Assembly (NCBI GenBank): GCA_013239625.1
Contig: MU054391.1
Coordinates: 7,783,095-7,847,094 of the forward strand
Direction: 5' to 3'
Source of the DNA: Lama guanicoe
Lineage: Eukaryota
Length of the DNA: 64,000 nt
Shown: positions 37,645 to 51,538 of the stretch, piece by piece
Numbering within the stretch: position 1 is the stretch's first letter
Layout: each line of letters opens with the position of its first letter
Translations under genes and position numbers: made by a program
The notes under the pieces: generated by a model
The model's input: only the letters and a program-made list of their open reading frames with translations
The model's database searches: none
What the model was told of the DNA's origin: nothing

Positions 37645-38394
37645 CCCAACTTGAAACAGACCAGCTCTCTTCTTTGCTCATTTACAAACACTTGTAAAAA
37701 AAATTGACCTTATTCCATTGAAACAGGGACTTCCTGCCCCTGCATTGCATCTGACTCCCCTCATTTCTTCTCTGATTCAGCACAACACCTGGCCTGTGAC
37801 CCAGCCCCAGACCTACTCTGCCCCTACCCCTGCCCTTTCTCTGTTCTGCACAGCATAGCCAGTGTGAAATGTAGTTTCCTTGGGTCACTCTCTGCATGAC
37901 ATCCCCAGTGATTCCTCGCTGTCTCCAAAAGTCCACACTTCCTGGCCTTCGTCATGTGATTTGACCCTACCTAGCTGATTCTCCCACTGAAGGCGTGTGA
38001 ACCTGTGTGACTTCACACCTGCCCTTCCTAGTTCAGAAGGAAATGTCTGGGGTGCCTTTCTTAGCATCCCTCATGTGGCTTAGTTAATGATGGGCACCTT
38101 TAGCTTCCCTTCCACCAGCCTCTTTCCCCACAAACTGGGAATGTGCAGAGCATCCTCAGGAGGGTACGGCCAGTCCAGCAGACCGCTCCACCTCCGACCA
38201 CATACCAAAAATGTCATCCCAAATCTGGGCGATGGGACCTGTATTCTTAGTTCTTTCTCATTCTTTACTTAATGTTTACTCTCTCCATAACTGCTCTCTT
38301 CAATGTTAATTGCACTAGTAATAGTGATAATAGGAAAAAGTACTATCAACGTGTATTGTACGTTTTATGTCACATTCATACACTGGACTTTCTA

Positions 38395-39124
38395 AGTTGA
38401 ACTTTTTATTTGAGATAATTGGAGATTCACATGCAGTTGTAAAAAACGATTCAGTAAGATCCCCTGAATCCTTGCCTACATCCCCGGTGACTTACAATTC
38501 TGCAATGGTATTACAGTACCAGGATATTCACATCAGAACAGTCAAGATACAGGACATTTCCAGCACCACAAGGATCCCTCCTGCTACCCCTTTACAGTCA
38601 CACCCACATTCCACCCAATCCTCTTCTTAACCCCTGGCTCACCGATCTGTTCCTTAATTCTAAAAAGTCATTTCAAGAATCTAACATGAATGGAATCATA
38701 CAGCACATAACCTTTGGAATTGCTTTTTTTTTTTTTACCCCACATAATTCTCTATAGATCCATCCGAGTTGTTGCATCCATCAGTAGATCTTTTCATTGC
38801 TGACAAGTACACTGCGACATGTATGTACCACGGTTTGTATAATCAGTCACCTATTGAAGGACAGCTGAGCTTTTTTCAGTTTTTAGCTATTAAAAATGAA
38901 GCTGCTATGAGCATTCATATGCCGGTTTTGTGTGAATATAAGTTTTCATTTCTCTGGGAGGAATGCCTGGTGAACAATCTCTGGGTCCTATGACCCTGGC
39001 ACGTTTAGTTTTTTAAGGAACTGCCAAGCTCTTTATCAGAGCAGCTGCACCGTTCTGCATTCCCACCAGCAATGTACGTCTTCTCTAGTTTCTCGACATT
39101 CTCACCAGCATTTGGTGTTATCAG
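38395..39124 (-). mobile_element. L1MC-like 3' end
   Basis: tttgagataattggagattcacatgcagttgtaa 3' terminus, running through to cattcccaccagcaatg and tctcaccagcatttggtgtt. Confidence 0.88.
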
Positions 39125-39149
39125 GTGCTTAAGGGCACATCTAACTTAA

Positions 39150-39965
39150 GGGGATACTGGGAGGTCTAACCACTGCAATAAGACAAGAAGAAGAAATGAA
39201 AGGCATACAGATTGGCAAAGTAAAAATAAGACTCTGTTTTTGCAAGTGACATGATTTTCTATGTAGAAAATCTCAAGGAGTCTACAAAAAAAAGAAGTTT
39301 TAGAACTAAAACTAATTTCAACAAGGTCACAGGATACAAAATCAACAGGAAAAAAATTTATATATACTGACAAGGAAAATGTGGGAACCAAATTGCAAAC
39401 ACAATTATCATTTACAATTAGTCCAAAGGAAATAGAATACTGAAGTATATTCTTAAAACAAGTGCAGGATCTCTCTGCTGAAAATTATAAACTGTTGATT
39501 AAAGGAATCAGAGAAGCCCTAAAAAAGTGGTTTGAAAAGCTCAGGGTTAATGAGCTGAAAGAGTCAACTTAGTAAAATCGCCAGTTTCCCCCAAACTGAT
39601 CTGTTAGTTCAGCACAATTTCTATCAAAATTCCAGCAAAGGTTTTGTAGGCATAGACAAACTTACTCCATAATTTACACTGAAAGGGCACACGCCCTGGC
39701 ATGTTTAAAGCTGTCTTGAACAAGGTGAAGTGGAGGAATCTTTCCTCCCAGTTGTCAGACTTATGATAGAGGAACGCTATTCAAGGCGGTGCAGTATTGG
39801 TGGAGGGGTGGATACAGAGGTCACTGGAACAGGACAGAGAACACAGAATTAGACCCACACAAATAGAATGCACTGATTTTTGACAAAGACATGAAAGCAA
39901 GTCAAATGAAGGGAGGATAGACTTTTTAGCAGATAAATGGTGCTGAAACAATTGGGCATCCATAA
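39150..39965 (+). mobile_element. L1 ORF2 reverse-transcriptase relic
   Basis: Translates with frameshifts to AIRQEEEMKGIQIGK...FASDMIFYVENLK...KWC*NNW, matching L1 AIRQEKEIKGIQIGK...FADDMIVYLENP...KWCWENW. Confidence 0.9.
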
Positions 39966-42900
39966 GCAATAAGCAAATGAATAAATGAACAAATGACTAA
40001 AACTTGGTCTAATCTAGGTGAAGTCATTGAGCTCTTTGAAGACAGAAAGTATTTCTGACTCATCTCTGGAACCTAGCACAGTGCCTGGAACAGGCAGACA
40101 CTCTGTGGACAGTGAATAAATGAATGATGTGTGAATACTTGTGCTAAGTGGCATGTAAGTGGCCGAAATATGTATCTGGGTCTCTCTTGAGGAAGGAGCA
40201 TCTGAGCCGAAATTTCAAAGCTGCACAGGATTTGTCCTGAGATGAACTCTGAGAGAGGCAATCCATTCGGTGGAAAGAACACTGACATCAGATAATTTTG
40301 GAGAAAGATCAGCTCTAAATTTGAACATGAGTTTAGCAAGGTACGTAGCAAAGTTCTTCACTCTGAAATAGTTACCATCACTGGACCTCAAATTCTTCAT
40401 CTAGAAAGTGTGAAAGAAAATATTTACCCAAAAGGGTACACAAGGATTTATGTTCACAAGAAGCGCTAACAGAGAACCCAGCATGTGACAGATGCTCAGT
40501 TCAAGTTCTCTCTTATTCATTCCATGATCATAAAAAGTGCTAAACCAGGATCTGTCTTTACAAAAGAATGTGAATTATTGAAAAAATTAGTACTAAGTTG
40601 AATATCTTTTTTGTTTGGTTTTATTTAAACAGCTTTTTTTCTGGTCTGACTCAGAAATGCCCCTAGTAAAGGTTCGCAGTTCACAGCCAAAGTCATGTCC
40701 ATTACCGCTTGGATTTCTCTAGATAATTTCTACTCAAGGAATCTCAGCCAATAGCCAGTGACACGTGGATGAGTGACACTCTTCACTTCTCTCAGGCCAA
40801 CTCTGTTTTGAACTACTTAAATGGAAGTATCTTCATTCTAAATAAGTCTTGCCAGTTGGCCTCTTGAGAGTGAAAAATCTTTATGAAAAGTTTTAAGTTG
40901 TCAGCTCCGGGAGGGCTGCAGATAAAGCCAGCTCTCAACACGGCTGCTATTTTGGTTCCATGTGAACTCTTCTCTTCTGAGCTTTGCTTTAAAGTCTGTG
41001 CCCTAGACAAAACACTACTCCAGAGAGGGGATCTAATGAAAAGGGACGAAGGGAAAACTGGGGAAGGGAAGAGAAGATCTCAAAGCAAGATGCTCAATAT
41101 TACAGCATCATCGCACCTGAACTTGTCTTCTTGGAATGAACATCCTCCTCACCCAATCTGTAGACCCAAAGCAGCAGACAGGTGAGAAAAGATCATCTGA
41201 CTGAGAAGTGGGACTCCTACGTGAGCCTGGCCAGTAACCTTTGCTCCAAGGCTCTCAGGCTTCAACCTGTAAAAGACACAGCTGCAAAAATGAATCTCTA
41301 AAATTGCTTCAAGATCTGAATTTCCCTGAATTTTTCACTACTGTGATGAGCTCTTCCATCCCACGTGTTCAGACACCAACTCTCCAGCACTTGGTGAAGC
41401 CACATAGTTTCAAAGAAAACCCGATAAATCCTTATGTTCAAAGATGAAAAGACGAAAATGAGCGTTGAATTCCCTTGTCATGAAAATCCTTTCCTAGACT
41501 ACTGAGTTCCTGTGTATTTGAATGAATTATCTAAGAATCAGTGTTAGTGCTTAATTGGAAGACAGAAAAAAAAACCACAAAGAGCTTGACAAGAGAGGGC
41601 AGACGAACGAGAAATGTCTCTAGGCATTGAAAAGTTTGACAGGCAAGAAGAGTTTGTGATTTGAAAGGACATGAGTCAGCGTGAGATAACTAAAAATAGT
41701 GAAATAATTAAGCTTACATAACCGCTATCTGATTGACTATCTAGATTTGGATTTAATTAACATTGTTAACCTCTCTTTGTCAGTAACTCCATATTATTCC
41801 ACTTAAAAGTGGAGAGCTTTCATCATTACGAAAAATCATTCATTGACAGAGTGTCTGGGAATTTTTTTCTCAAGTTGAGCAAAAAGTTTAGTGCCCATCC
41901 AATTCCCTTCCCACCCTTCCCTTAGAAGCAAACATTTCACAATCAGTTTTCTAAGAGGAGATGAAATTGAGGACTGTGGCTCCTCCTCGCATCATTTTCT
42001 GCGGGTAAATTGGAAGGTAAATGTTAATTCATTAGCAGGCTTTGCTGTGTGGGAGCCCTTTCCCGGACAAGGGTGGGAGGTGGAATTCCTCAGGACTGTC
42101 GCCACCATTCATCCATCCCCTTCTCCTTTGGTTTTAATTCATCCAGCATCTCTTATTTACCAAGAAAGATGAAGGACAAGAGATGTTGTCATCTATCACA
42201 TGCCAATAACTTTAGTCTCTATGCTGCACACTTTACCAAACTAACAGTATTTAATTCTCATAACAAATAACCTCTAGAAGGTGATAGAGATTATCTCTTA
42301 TATTAGATGAAAAAACTGAGGTTCCAAGTGTTTTTATGAAATTTTTCAAAGAACTAATAAGTAGTGAGTAGGATTCAAATGGCAGCTCTTTCTAATATAA
42401 CATGCTGACTCATAGTGTTGCCTCTGAAAGGTGTTATTGGAAACAAAATATATAAATCACAATTGGTTCTTCTCTCCCAGGAGATTACCATCCAGTGGGG
42501 CAAGTGAGCCCATAAATCCATCTGAAATGGAACAGTGTACCAGGCGAACAGACTTTGTAGCATTTCAAAATTCAAATCAGACATCCATTCCCTGAGAACC
42601 GCTCCACAGAGATTCTAGTCTGAGGACGGTTATGTGTCTTATGTCTAAGTGCCTTATACTCTAATTGGACCTCGTATGTGAGCGTTATCGTGTACTCGTA
42701 GAAAATGGTATTACATATGACATTCACATGCTAAGTTCTCAATCACTGTATATTTGTTCAAGGAATAATCATTGAGTGTCTATTAGGGTCTAGTTTCCTT
42801 CCTAGGTGTCAAGAGTATCAATGCAAACACGAAGTGAGTCTTGACCCCCAGTGTCTTCGAGTTGGCTTAATGACTTTATGAGAGCGCATCGCGCCATTCT

Positions 42901-44869
42901 AACCAGATGTCATCCTGTTGATGGGGACTGTGGGCTATGTTTCTTAACCAGACCATAGCAGTTCGCGCTTTGCCAGGAACACAGAGGGTATGTAGGGAAT
43001 TCCTGCCAATTGAAGCTGCTGCCCCACTGCTGGGCTAACTCAGCGGCCAGGCAGGAAGCAGGAAGAGGGGATCACCCCGTTATTTGGAACATAATCATGA
43101 AGAGGGCTTCTCTTGGTATATATTTGGTATGAAATCATTAGCGAAAGAATGGAGTGATGAACTTCAAATGCTCTAATCAGGCTCTCCCTGAATGAAGCGT
43201 GCCTCCTCACCACTCTCTTGGTGCTTCCCTAGGGATTTTTCTGGCTCACGTGATGGAATAAAACACAATTTTGCAGCTTTCCCAGCCTTTCCATCTCAGC
43301 ATATTTCCAGGTATATATCAGCATATATATTCGTGAACACTAGCAAGAAAAAGACAATAAAAAATCCCCATTTTTAAAGGAAAAATAACAGCTCATATTT
43401 CCCTTTGTCCTCAGGAACACAATTCTGGGTGAAGTGAATTTACTTGCAGTACAGAAGCAGAAAACAGGTGCCTGGTGTGTTGCCCCAGACAGTGAGCCTC
43501 TGCCAAAAGAGACACAGGACCAAAGCCATCTCGTAGACCCCCTTGGTTTCAGGGTCACAGGTGCCAAGTCCAGGGGATCCCCCAGATCTAGGTCTAAACG
43601 GCACATCACGTGACTGATTCTGGCCAGAGGGAGCCCAGCCAGGTCCACAGTCTTGGTGTGGGGTCTCCAGGGGCAGCCAGGCTCCTGCTGTGACGACCCA
43701 GGGTGGGGGTCATCCTGTATCTCACCACGCACTCTGCTTCTGAACTGAAGCATGAACTTCCTGGAAGAGGACACACCTCATCGAGAGACTGTCTGCCAGA
43801 AGGCAAGGCAGCAGGTCTTCTCCAGAAAGTGAAAAATCAACACCCTAAAGCCCAAGATGATGCTCTGTGCAACAGTGGAGAAGACAAGTGGTCCGCGGCA
43901 GCCTTCTTCGTCTGTGCCGGCTGCCGGCGCTGGCACCACGGGTGCTGATGTGTAAATGTGACCTCCCCGAGCAAACTTTTCAAACATTTTTCACAAGTCT
44001 CCCTCCACCATGAAGGTCTCTGGAAGCATTTCAGAAGGAGGTGATCTCAGTAAGAGTTTTGAAACAGGAGGGCAACTCGGTACCCAGACAGGGCAAGGGG
44101 TTTGCAGGTGGATACCTGCATTTAAATCTTAAATTTAAATCTTTAAATTTTTGTACCAAGCAACAGATCACTTTATATCTGTGAGCCTCAATGTCTTCAT
44201 CTCTGGAATGGAAGTGACAATAGTCTTACAGCCTTGCTCTAAGAAGACGCCCTTGCTTGTGACCACTAAAGACGGATAACAGTACTGGTCGTCAATTTGA
44301 GCATCTTCTCTTTTCCACACTAGTCACCTTTTCCCCGTCTTTCTGCCAGACACTCATGTGATTCTGAGGGTGACCCTCGCGCTGCCAGACAAGGATCTTA
44401 GGTTACCCGGCACAATCAAGGCAAGTTGCTTTTGAGGTTTCAGTTTCTAAAACACGGTAGAAAGAGCTCCACTATGGGGCCGATACAGTGGCCCCCTTTG
44501 GGAGTTCCATACTGGTAAGCTCTTTAGGTAGCATTTATCTTGTCTACGGGTCTATTCCCAGCACACTTCCAGTGTCCAGCTATATTCAGTAAATGGTGGT
44601 TGATTAATAAATGTATGTTTTGGGGAGCCTCAAAGAAACCCAAAGCATGACTTCATGTATCCACAGGCTTGTTACTGAATCCACTTTATGTAAGAACCCT
44701 GTTTCTTCAAGCTCTCTTTCTACAGTGAGTATTTTCTCAACAAGAGTTTATCTTCACTTAAATGAAGTTTCCATCCTCTTTCTTTCTTTTAAATAAAGTG
44801 ATCAAAAGAACCAAAACAAAACACAAGACAACCATGACAGAACCCTAAATGGAACGGGTGCCCGTTAAG

Positions 44870-45125
44870 AAGCCCTGCTACCTGGTCTGGGTTCACATCC
44901 TAACTCTACGACCAGACGATGGGTGACTTTGGGGCAGTTGACTCAACTCGCTGAGCCTTGGTTTCCACCTTGATAAAATTGAAATAATATAAACAATAAA
45001 ATATAAAATATTAATTATAATACAATATAAACCGGTACCTACCCTCTGGAGGGTAGTTAAAGGTCACAATGTGAACATTACTATCAAGTTCCCCAAATAG
45101 TGTCTGGCCTATGGCTAATGTTCTC
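44870..45125 (+). mobile_element. MIR SINE relic with internal AT-rich expansion
   Basis: ctgggttcacatcctaactctac...gggtgactttgggg...ctgagccttggtttcc...gtacctaccctc. Confidence 0.75.
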
Positions 45126-45339
45126 CACGCTGTTACCGTGAGCACTTCCCCTGAACATGGAAGACCAGCCACCTCGGTCTCCATGCGACTGGAAGGTGGA
45201 GGGTCCCAGGGCCTCTGAAATTCACAGCACCCTGGAATAGGACCCACCAGGCCATCTGCTTCTGATGGGCACAGGCATGGCTCCAGTAGGTGCCGCTTGT
45301 TGAAATGATGTCCCAGGTGGACTTCGAAGTCAGCATGTC

Positions 45340-46195
45340 AGAATGTGAACCCACCATCTCTCAGAGTCCTTGTCTTGGCCAGTGACATCATCACCCCGCC
45401 AAGTCGCTCGTCTCAGAAGCCTGGGACCCTTCCTGGCCTCCTCCCTCACGCTCTGAGCTGTGTGATCATCGAATCCTGTGGAATTGACCTTCTTTCAATG
45501 TCCAGAACCCCGCGCCAGCCCTCAAGTCCCTCTGCCTGGCAAGCTTCATAATCCTTCACATCGCTGGTTGGTCTCATCCCCAGAACTATGATCCGGTACC
45601 GTTAACAGGCAGCCCTTCCCATACATAGCCCTGGAAAGGGTCATTCTAACAAACAAATATGATAATGCCCCACTTTTTACTCAAAATCCTTCCTTGATCC
45701 CCACCAGCTCCCCAGGCATGGTGTGTGAAGCCCCCTGTGCTCTGGCCCTGTACACCGGCCAGACTTTCCCCCCATCACAGCCCCTCCCACCCTTCGTTCC
45801 AGCCACCAGAGGACACCGCTGGGCTTGTCACTGAACAGGCACAGTCCTCTACCTGGAAGGCCCTTCCTCCTTGATCTTCCTAATAAAGTCCCCTTCTTTC
45901 GTGAAGGCTCACTTGACCGTCACCTGCTTTGTGCCTCTTCCCTCGGCCTGAGACCCTGACTCTCTTGCTCACCCCCTTGGGGTTTAGGAACATCTCCCTG
46001 GGTTGCCGTAATCCCCTGAGCTGCAGGCTCATACAGTAGGGCTCTCGTGGATTTACTCCCTGTCTCCCAAGCGACACTGTGAATCACACAGTAATTGCCA
46101 GGATGGGGCATCAGTCATCTGAAGCCACAGCACGCAGGGCAGGGCTCGGAACAAAGCAAATAATCATAAAATGCTCAATAAATGAATGAAAATGA
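45340..46195 (+). mobile_element. L2 relic
   Basis: Pyrimidine-rich L2 body ending in atgctcaataaatgaatgaa. Confidence 0.65.
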
Positions 46196-46309
46196 TTACT
46201 GAATTCGTCAAGTGTAAAGGTATGCTGCTTCCCTCATAAAAACTCAACGTGAAGCAATTAGAGGACACATAGGAAACGGTCTGCCAGGGTGCCATCACCC
46301 CAGGGAGCT

Positions 46310-46640
46310 GTGGGGTGGCTCCCTAACCCCTGCAAGTCCCTGCGCAAATGGCACCTTCTGAGTGAGGTGGCCACCGATCGCCGAATGAGACCCCCCTCCC
46401 CCTGCACTCCCCGCCCCTTTCCTGCTCTGTGTTTCTCTAAGGCTTTGTCATCGTGGAGCAGAGTCTGCAATGTATTCTTTATTCTCTTTCTGTCTCTATT
46501 CCGCTGACTAGGAGGTAAGCCTTCCGGAGGGGGGAATTTGGTTTGTTTTGCTCTTTGCTGTACCTGGAACGGTGTCTGGCCCATAGGTGCTCCGTGCATG
46601 TTATACTGACAAGGAATGAACGAATGAACAAATGAATGAC
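46310..46640 (+). mobile_element. L2 3' end relic
   Basis: ggaacggtgtctggcccataggtgctcc...gaatgaacgaatgaacaaatgaatga. Confidence 0.7.
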
Positions 46641-46919
46641 GAACGTCAGTCATTCACTACTTGCGTGGTAGCTGGTTTGTTAGAAAAGGGAGTGATCCCT
46701 TACGCCCAAGGCTCATGGCTCCTTTGAAATTCAAGGACCATTGATTCAATTTTAATAGATTCCATTTATTTAAAAAAGAAGAAAGAATATCCTTTTGTGA
46801 TGATCATATCTACTCGTTATTAGTTTCCGAATAAACGGATGAAAGGGCCAAATGCTATGAATGTAGAATACAAATATTAAACCAAATTGTTCTGGAAACA
46901 AGAAATAATAACAATGAGA

Positions 46920-47120
46920 CTGGAGCTAACACTTGTGCAGCTTTTAGGATGTGCGAGGCTCAGCCCCAGGCATGTGCCATCTATGAACTCATCTCATCAT
47001 CACACTGACCCTGTGAGTCAGTATCATTACTGTCTCCGTTTTACAAACAGAACATGCAGAGAGGTTAAGGAATTCACTCGTGGTCACAGAGCTGCAGTGT
47101 GGGGGTCCAGGATTCTGAGA
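46920..47120 (-). mobile_element. MIR SINE relic
   Basis: accctgtgagtcagtatcattactgtctccgttttaca...cagagaggttaagg...ggtcacagagc. Confidence 0.75.
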
Positions 47121-50100
47121 TGAGTGACTTGGCGAGGTGATGACGTGACTGACCAAGGTATGGACTCTTGGTCAAGCAGAGGAGATGCAATAGTTAAGGC
47201 AAAGAGTTTGGACTCACGTTCTGCCTCTTAATAGTCGGGTCACGTGAGCAAGTAACTTAATTTTCTAAACTTCAGTAATCTGAATGGTCAAATGAGGATG
47301 GTAGCCATTCACATGGTCACTGAGAGGCTGACAACCATAGACGAAGGTGCCATCAAAATGCAAGCTACTGCTACTCACTGGGTAACGCTATTACATTAAT
47401 GTTTCTATCCTGTTCAATCTTATGACACTATCATAATGATTACATTATTGCGTCCATCCCATTCCAGGAAATAATCACCGCTACCGTTGGCCATTCATTC
47501 ATAGAACTTGGCCACCAGTGGTTTCCACCTGCCCCTCGTGTCCCACGGCAGCTTACAGACTAGGCTGAGGTTAAAGTCTTTTTCTTGGAGGTGGAGTCGG
47601 TCTTGTCAGACCACACCCAGACCGAATGCTGCAAGATCTCTTCATTCTAACAGCAAGAGAACCTGGCAGTTGGAGCGAATTTAAGGACCTCTGCTACCAG
47701 GTGAAGGTCTTCTTTTTGTGCTCAGACAAGTTCTGCCTCAGGCCCTTTCCCCTGGCTCGTCCCTTTGTTTGGAACATTCTTCCCTTCTCTCCAGGATCCA
47801 GGTGATTCTAACTGCACCTGCTGCTTCCGCCGAGAAGCATCCTAGGACCTCCAGGACAGAGTGGCACCCTGCTCGCCGTCACCATGTGCGTCACCACGTG
47901 AATCTCCACGGCACCACCACAGCTGTGACGCAGTCATCTTTTAACTAAATAGTTAACAAATGTCAGTCTTCTCCCCTGGAATAAAAGTTTGATAAGGTCA
48001 GAGACAACTTCCGTCTTTTTCAACATTGGGACCCAGTGTCCACTGGAACTGCAACACCTTACTTGGATAAGGTCACTCGGGGAAGCCCGAAGCTGAGCCT
48101 TGGTTTCCACGCATGTAAAAGAATCTCCCCGGCCATCGCTTTCTCGCAGAGAAAACTCTTCAGACCCAAAGCATTAACATGCAGCCAGAGACTGAGGTGC
48201 CCCAGTTTCCATCCAGAGCATTTCAGGAGGTGAGAAATTCATTCCAAGATACAAACAAATAGCCCAACACATCAGGCATGGAGTTTTTTGGAGCAAAAGC
48301 AGCCAGGAGGAAAAAGAGGACAAGTGTTGATTTTGAGGGCCGAAGACATTCCAGGCTCTGAAGTATCTTTGGAATTGCTGGAGCCCTTTCAGTGCGAATC
48401 GGGTTACACCGGAGATATATTTGGGTTTTGCCATCCACCCGGTGGTGTTTCACATCGGCCGTGGTGATGAAGTCCAACTCACTCTAAATAGAATGAAGAG
48501 AGCCTTGTCGCTAAATTATTCAGCACGCATTACTTCTGGCCCTGAGCCGTGATGTTTTTCGGTTCCACAAAGGTAGCCGTGTATAATCTATTGTCATTAC
48601 ATAAAGGAAACTCTGACAGTTCAGATTATAAAATACAAATTATCTGTTCATCAACCAGTGACTAGCACACAGGGCTATTCTATCGTGTCAGTGCAGGAGA
48701 CTAGAAATAGATTTCTGCATCTTCTCCCAAACACTCTGTCCGCATTTGCCATAAAGATCTACCAATCAATTTTTTTTTTAAGTTCTGTAGACTATGTGAA
48801 AAGCAGAATCTCCTCTGTTCTGCCTGATGGAAACTGTATGGTTTCCCTGTGCCTGCAGAGAGAGCCAGGCTAAGAGGAATCTCCTAAATACAATTCAGAA
48901 AAAGCCCCTTAGAAAGCTTCACGTTATGAAAGACAGACTGAGAAAGCCCACACATTCCTCGCTCTGACTGCAACAGGCCTGAGGTTGAGCGAGATTTCTT
49001 AATTGGGAAACACCCCGTATTCCTCCTTTTTTAACAGATGCAGATACGTTTCTTTCTAAAGAGGCACCTTTCAGGCTCCAGTTTCTATTCCTCTTCTTGT
49101 TTTGACAATCCTCAATCTTTTCCTTCTATCAGTTAAATGATGGGCTCATTCCTTTGCTCATTCATTGAGCAAACATGTATTAATACCTATTTTGGGTTAA
49201 ACTCACTGCGTATATAGATAACCGCACTGACCTTCCTCCAGGTCCACCTGGGCGCCTTGAACAACCTTCTCCTGAAAGCCCTTTCTTCCTCCAGTGGCCT
49301 CATTCTTCAGATCTTAGCTCAGGTTTTCCTGACTTGAGGAATCTCTCTAGATCTTGAAGCTAGATCTGATCTCATTGGCGAAACCACACCCAACACACAG
49401 ACTCCATGCTTCCATCTTCATCGTCATATTGGTCATGATCGATACTACACCTGGCCAAAGGGTCACAGATGAGAAAGACATGCATCCCTTCCAGACTGAG
49501 GTGTCCTCCTGACACGCCCTGCTCTCCATCAGCCCAGTGTCACACCCTGGCCATCCTGGCTTTCCTTCTTGTGCTAGTCTCCGGGTTGCTTTGTTCTATT
49601 TGTCATTTATTCTATTTGGCTTCTCCAATCTTTCATCACCAGTGTAGCCAAATCCCTGTATGATATTCCTCCTGTTTTAAATTCTGAAGCTGGCTCTCGC
49701 ATCTCTTGAATGACACACTGGTGTCCTTTCAAACGATAAAAGCCACCCACTCCCGAATGTGCCACCTTAAAAACAGTACGAGACAGGATTCAAGTTTTGA
49801 AGTACTTGCCATAAAGATAAGTTCCACTGATAATATAACGGTGAAAACTTCATTTGAATAGAAGTCAAAGTGTTTACAGTCAGAAAGGAACTTTTGAAAG
49901 AATAATCATTCATTCCTTTAAAAGTTTTTATAATGAATTAAGACACATTATCATCCACAACTTTTCTAAAAGAGTCATCAATATTTCATTTCCTTCTAAA
50001 AACCACATTAGGATTAACATTACAAAGAAAACAGGTTTTGTTCCGAGGGAAAATGTATCTCTGAGATGTGGGGTTTTGAACTGATATCCCTGTTAGCATA

Positions 50101-51538
50101 AAACAGTGGAGGGTATTTATACTCACAACGGATTCTTTTTCTGAATTTCTGCCCCTTGCTACTTTTACAAACTAAGCATCACTTTACCAGCAGGAAGACA
50201 CAGTACATAAAACTTTGTAGCAGCAGGGTATGTTCCCTAATATTTGGCTAATCTTTGGATGATCTCAAGAGAAGGTAATGGAAGAATTTTCATAGTTAGC
50301 GGGGGGCATGTGACCATCTCTTTTTATTACCGGGGTCAGCTAACACTTTGCAAGACGTCATGGTACAAGAACCTAGTCATTATGTCCAGAGTCCCCGCAC
50401 CGCTCTATTCAGAACCGATTTGTGTCTGGTTCCTAAGTGCTAAGCTTGAATAGTCATGCTTTTAATAATTAATCTTTTCCTGAAAGTGCTTTGATTTTTC
50501 AGAGTCATATTCAGCTGAGTATATATTTGGCAACTCTAAGCCTATTGTGCCAAAATAAAAGTGTCATGTTGAGGGGTCATGTTAGATTCCAGATCCCGTG
50601 TGATTCTAACGGAAGAGACCAAGCTCTGCTCTCTTAGCCCTTGATGAGAGGCTTGGCAGTATTCACCTCCCCAGAAGAGGCACATTTAGCCTGAATCAAA
50701 GTGCCCCCTCCCGCTGGTCCCCACGCGAGCTGTCCTGTGCCTGCCTGCCTTTGCTTGCGCTGATGCCTTCTTCACTTGACCCTGCTGCTTGTCACTCATT
50801 TCTGAAGATTCAGCCATTGCCTCCTCCGAGAAGCCTTCCTTGACTCCTCCCCTTGCCCCAGGCTGACTCTGGAACCTTGCCCTCAGCTTTCCTGCAGTTC
50901 CTCTGCCCTCTTCTGCACGTCATTCCAAGGCGATCTCTTTGTGGGTCTGCAGCGACCGGCGGACTCCAGGCTCCTGCAGAGAAGAAGCCGCCTCTGTATG
51001 TGAGTGCGCGGCCTCGACAGCTCCTCAGTCCCCGTTCCTTGAACACAGCTGAACTGAGCCGAGCAGAGTGGGTGATCATTTATGAAGTCGAGATCATGAC
51101 TCCGGCAAAACTGCAAAAGGCAGCAATTCCTCCAGCCCGGTGCTCCATGACCATTTCAGGACACAGCTGAACATTCATCTCATTTCTGTAAAATCGCCTG
51201 TGTGCCGACGTGGCTTGCTGTGTGCCTTTTCTTTTTGGCTTTCTTCCTGAAAGAATGACACAACCTCCTGTCCCCCGTTTACCTCCTTCTCCTGCCCTGC
51301 ACTGTACCTCCAGCTCCACTGCTCTGAATAAAGACAGCTGGGACTGCAGGATCCTGTTACTAATTCAGTACGTGCATACCTTTCCTGGGAGTCCTGCAGA
51401 CTTGCACTTTCTCTTGAGAATGGCAAAGCCAAACAGGCCTTTCCTCTTCCCCACAGAAAAAGACAGGTCTCGGAAACCTGAAAGGGCTTGGCGAGCTCAG
51501 TCAGTGTTGCCCCATCCTTAATGGGAGAAAGGCTCCGC

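Noticed and set aside
39150..39965. Reverse transcriptase as a possible active or domesticated gene
   Set aside because: Frameshifts, stop codons and a mutated catalytic motif (FADD to FASD) mark it as a dead L1 fragment.
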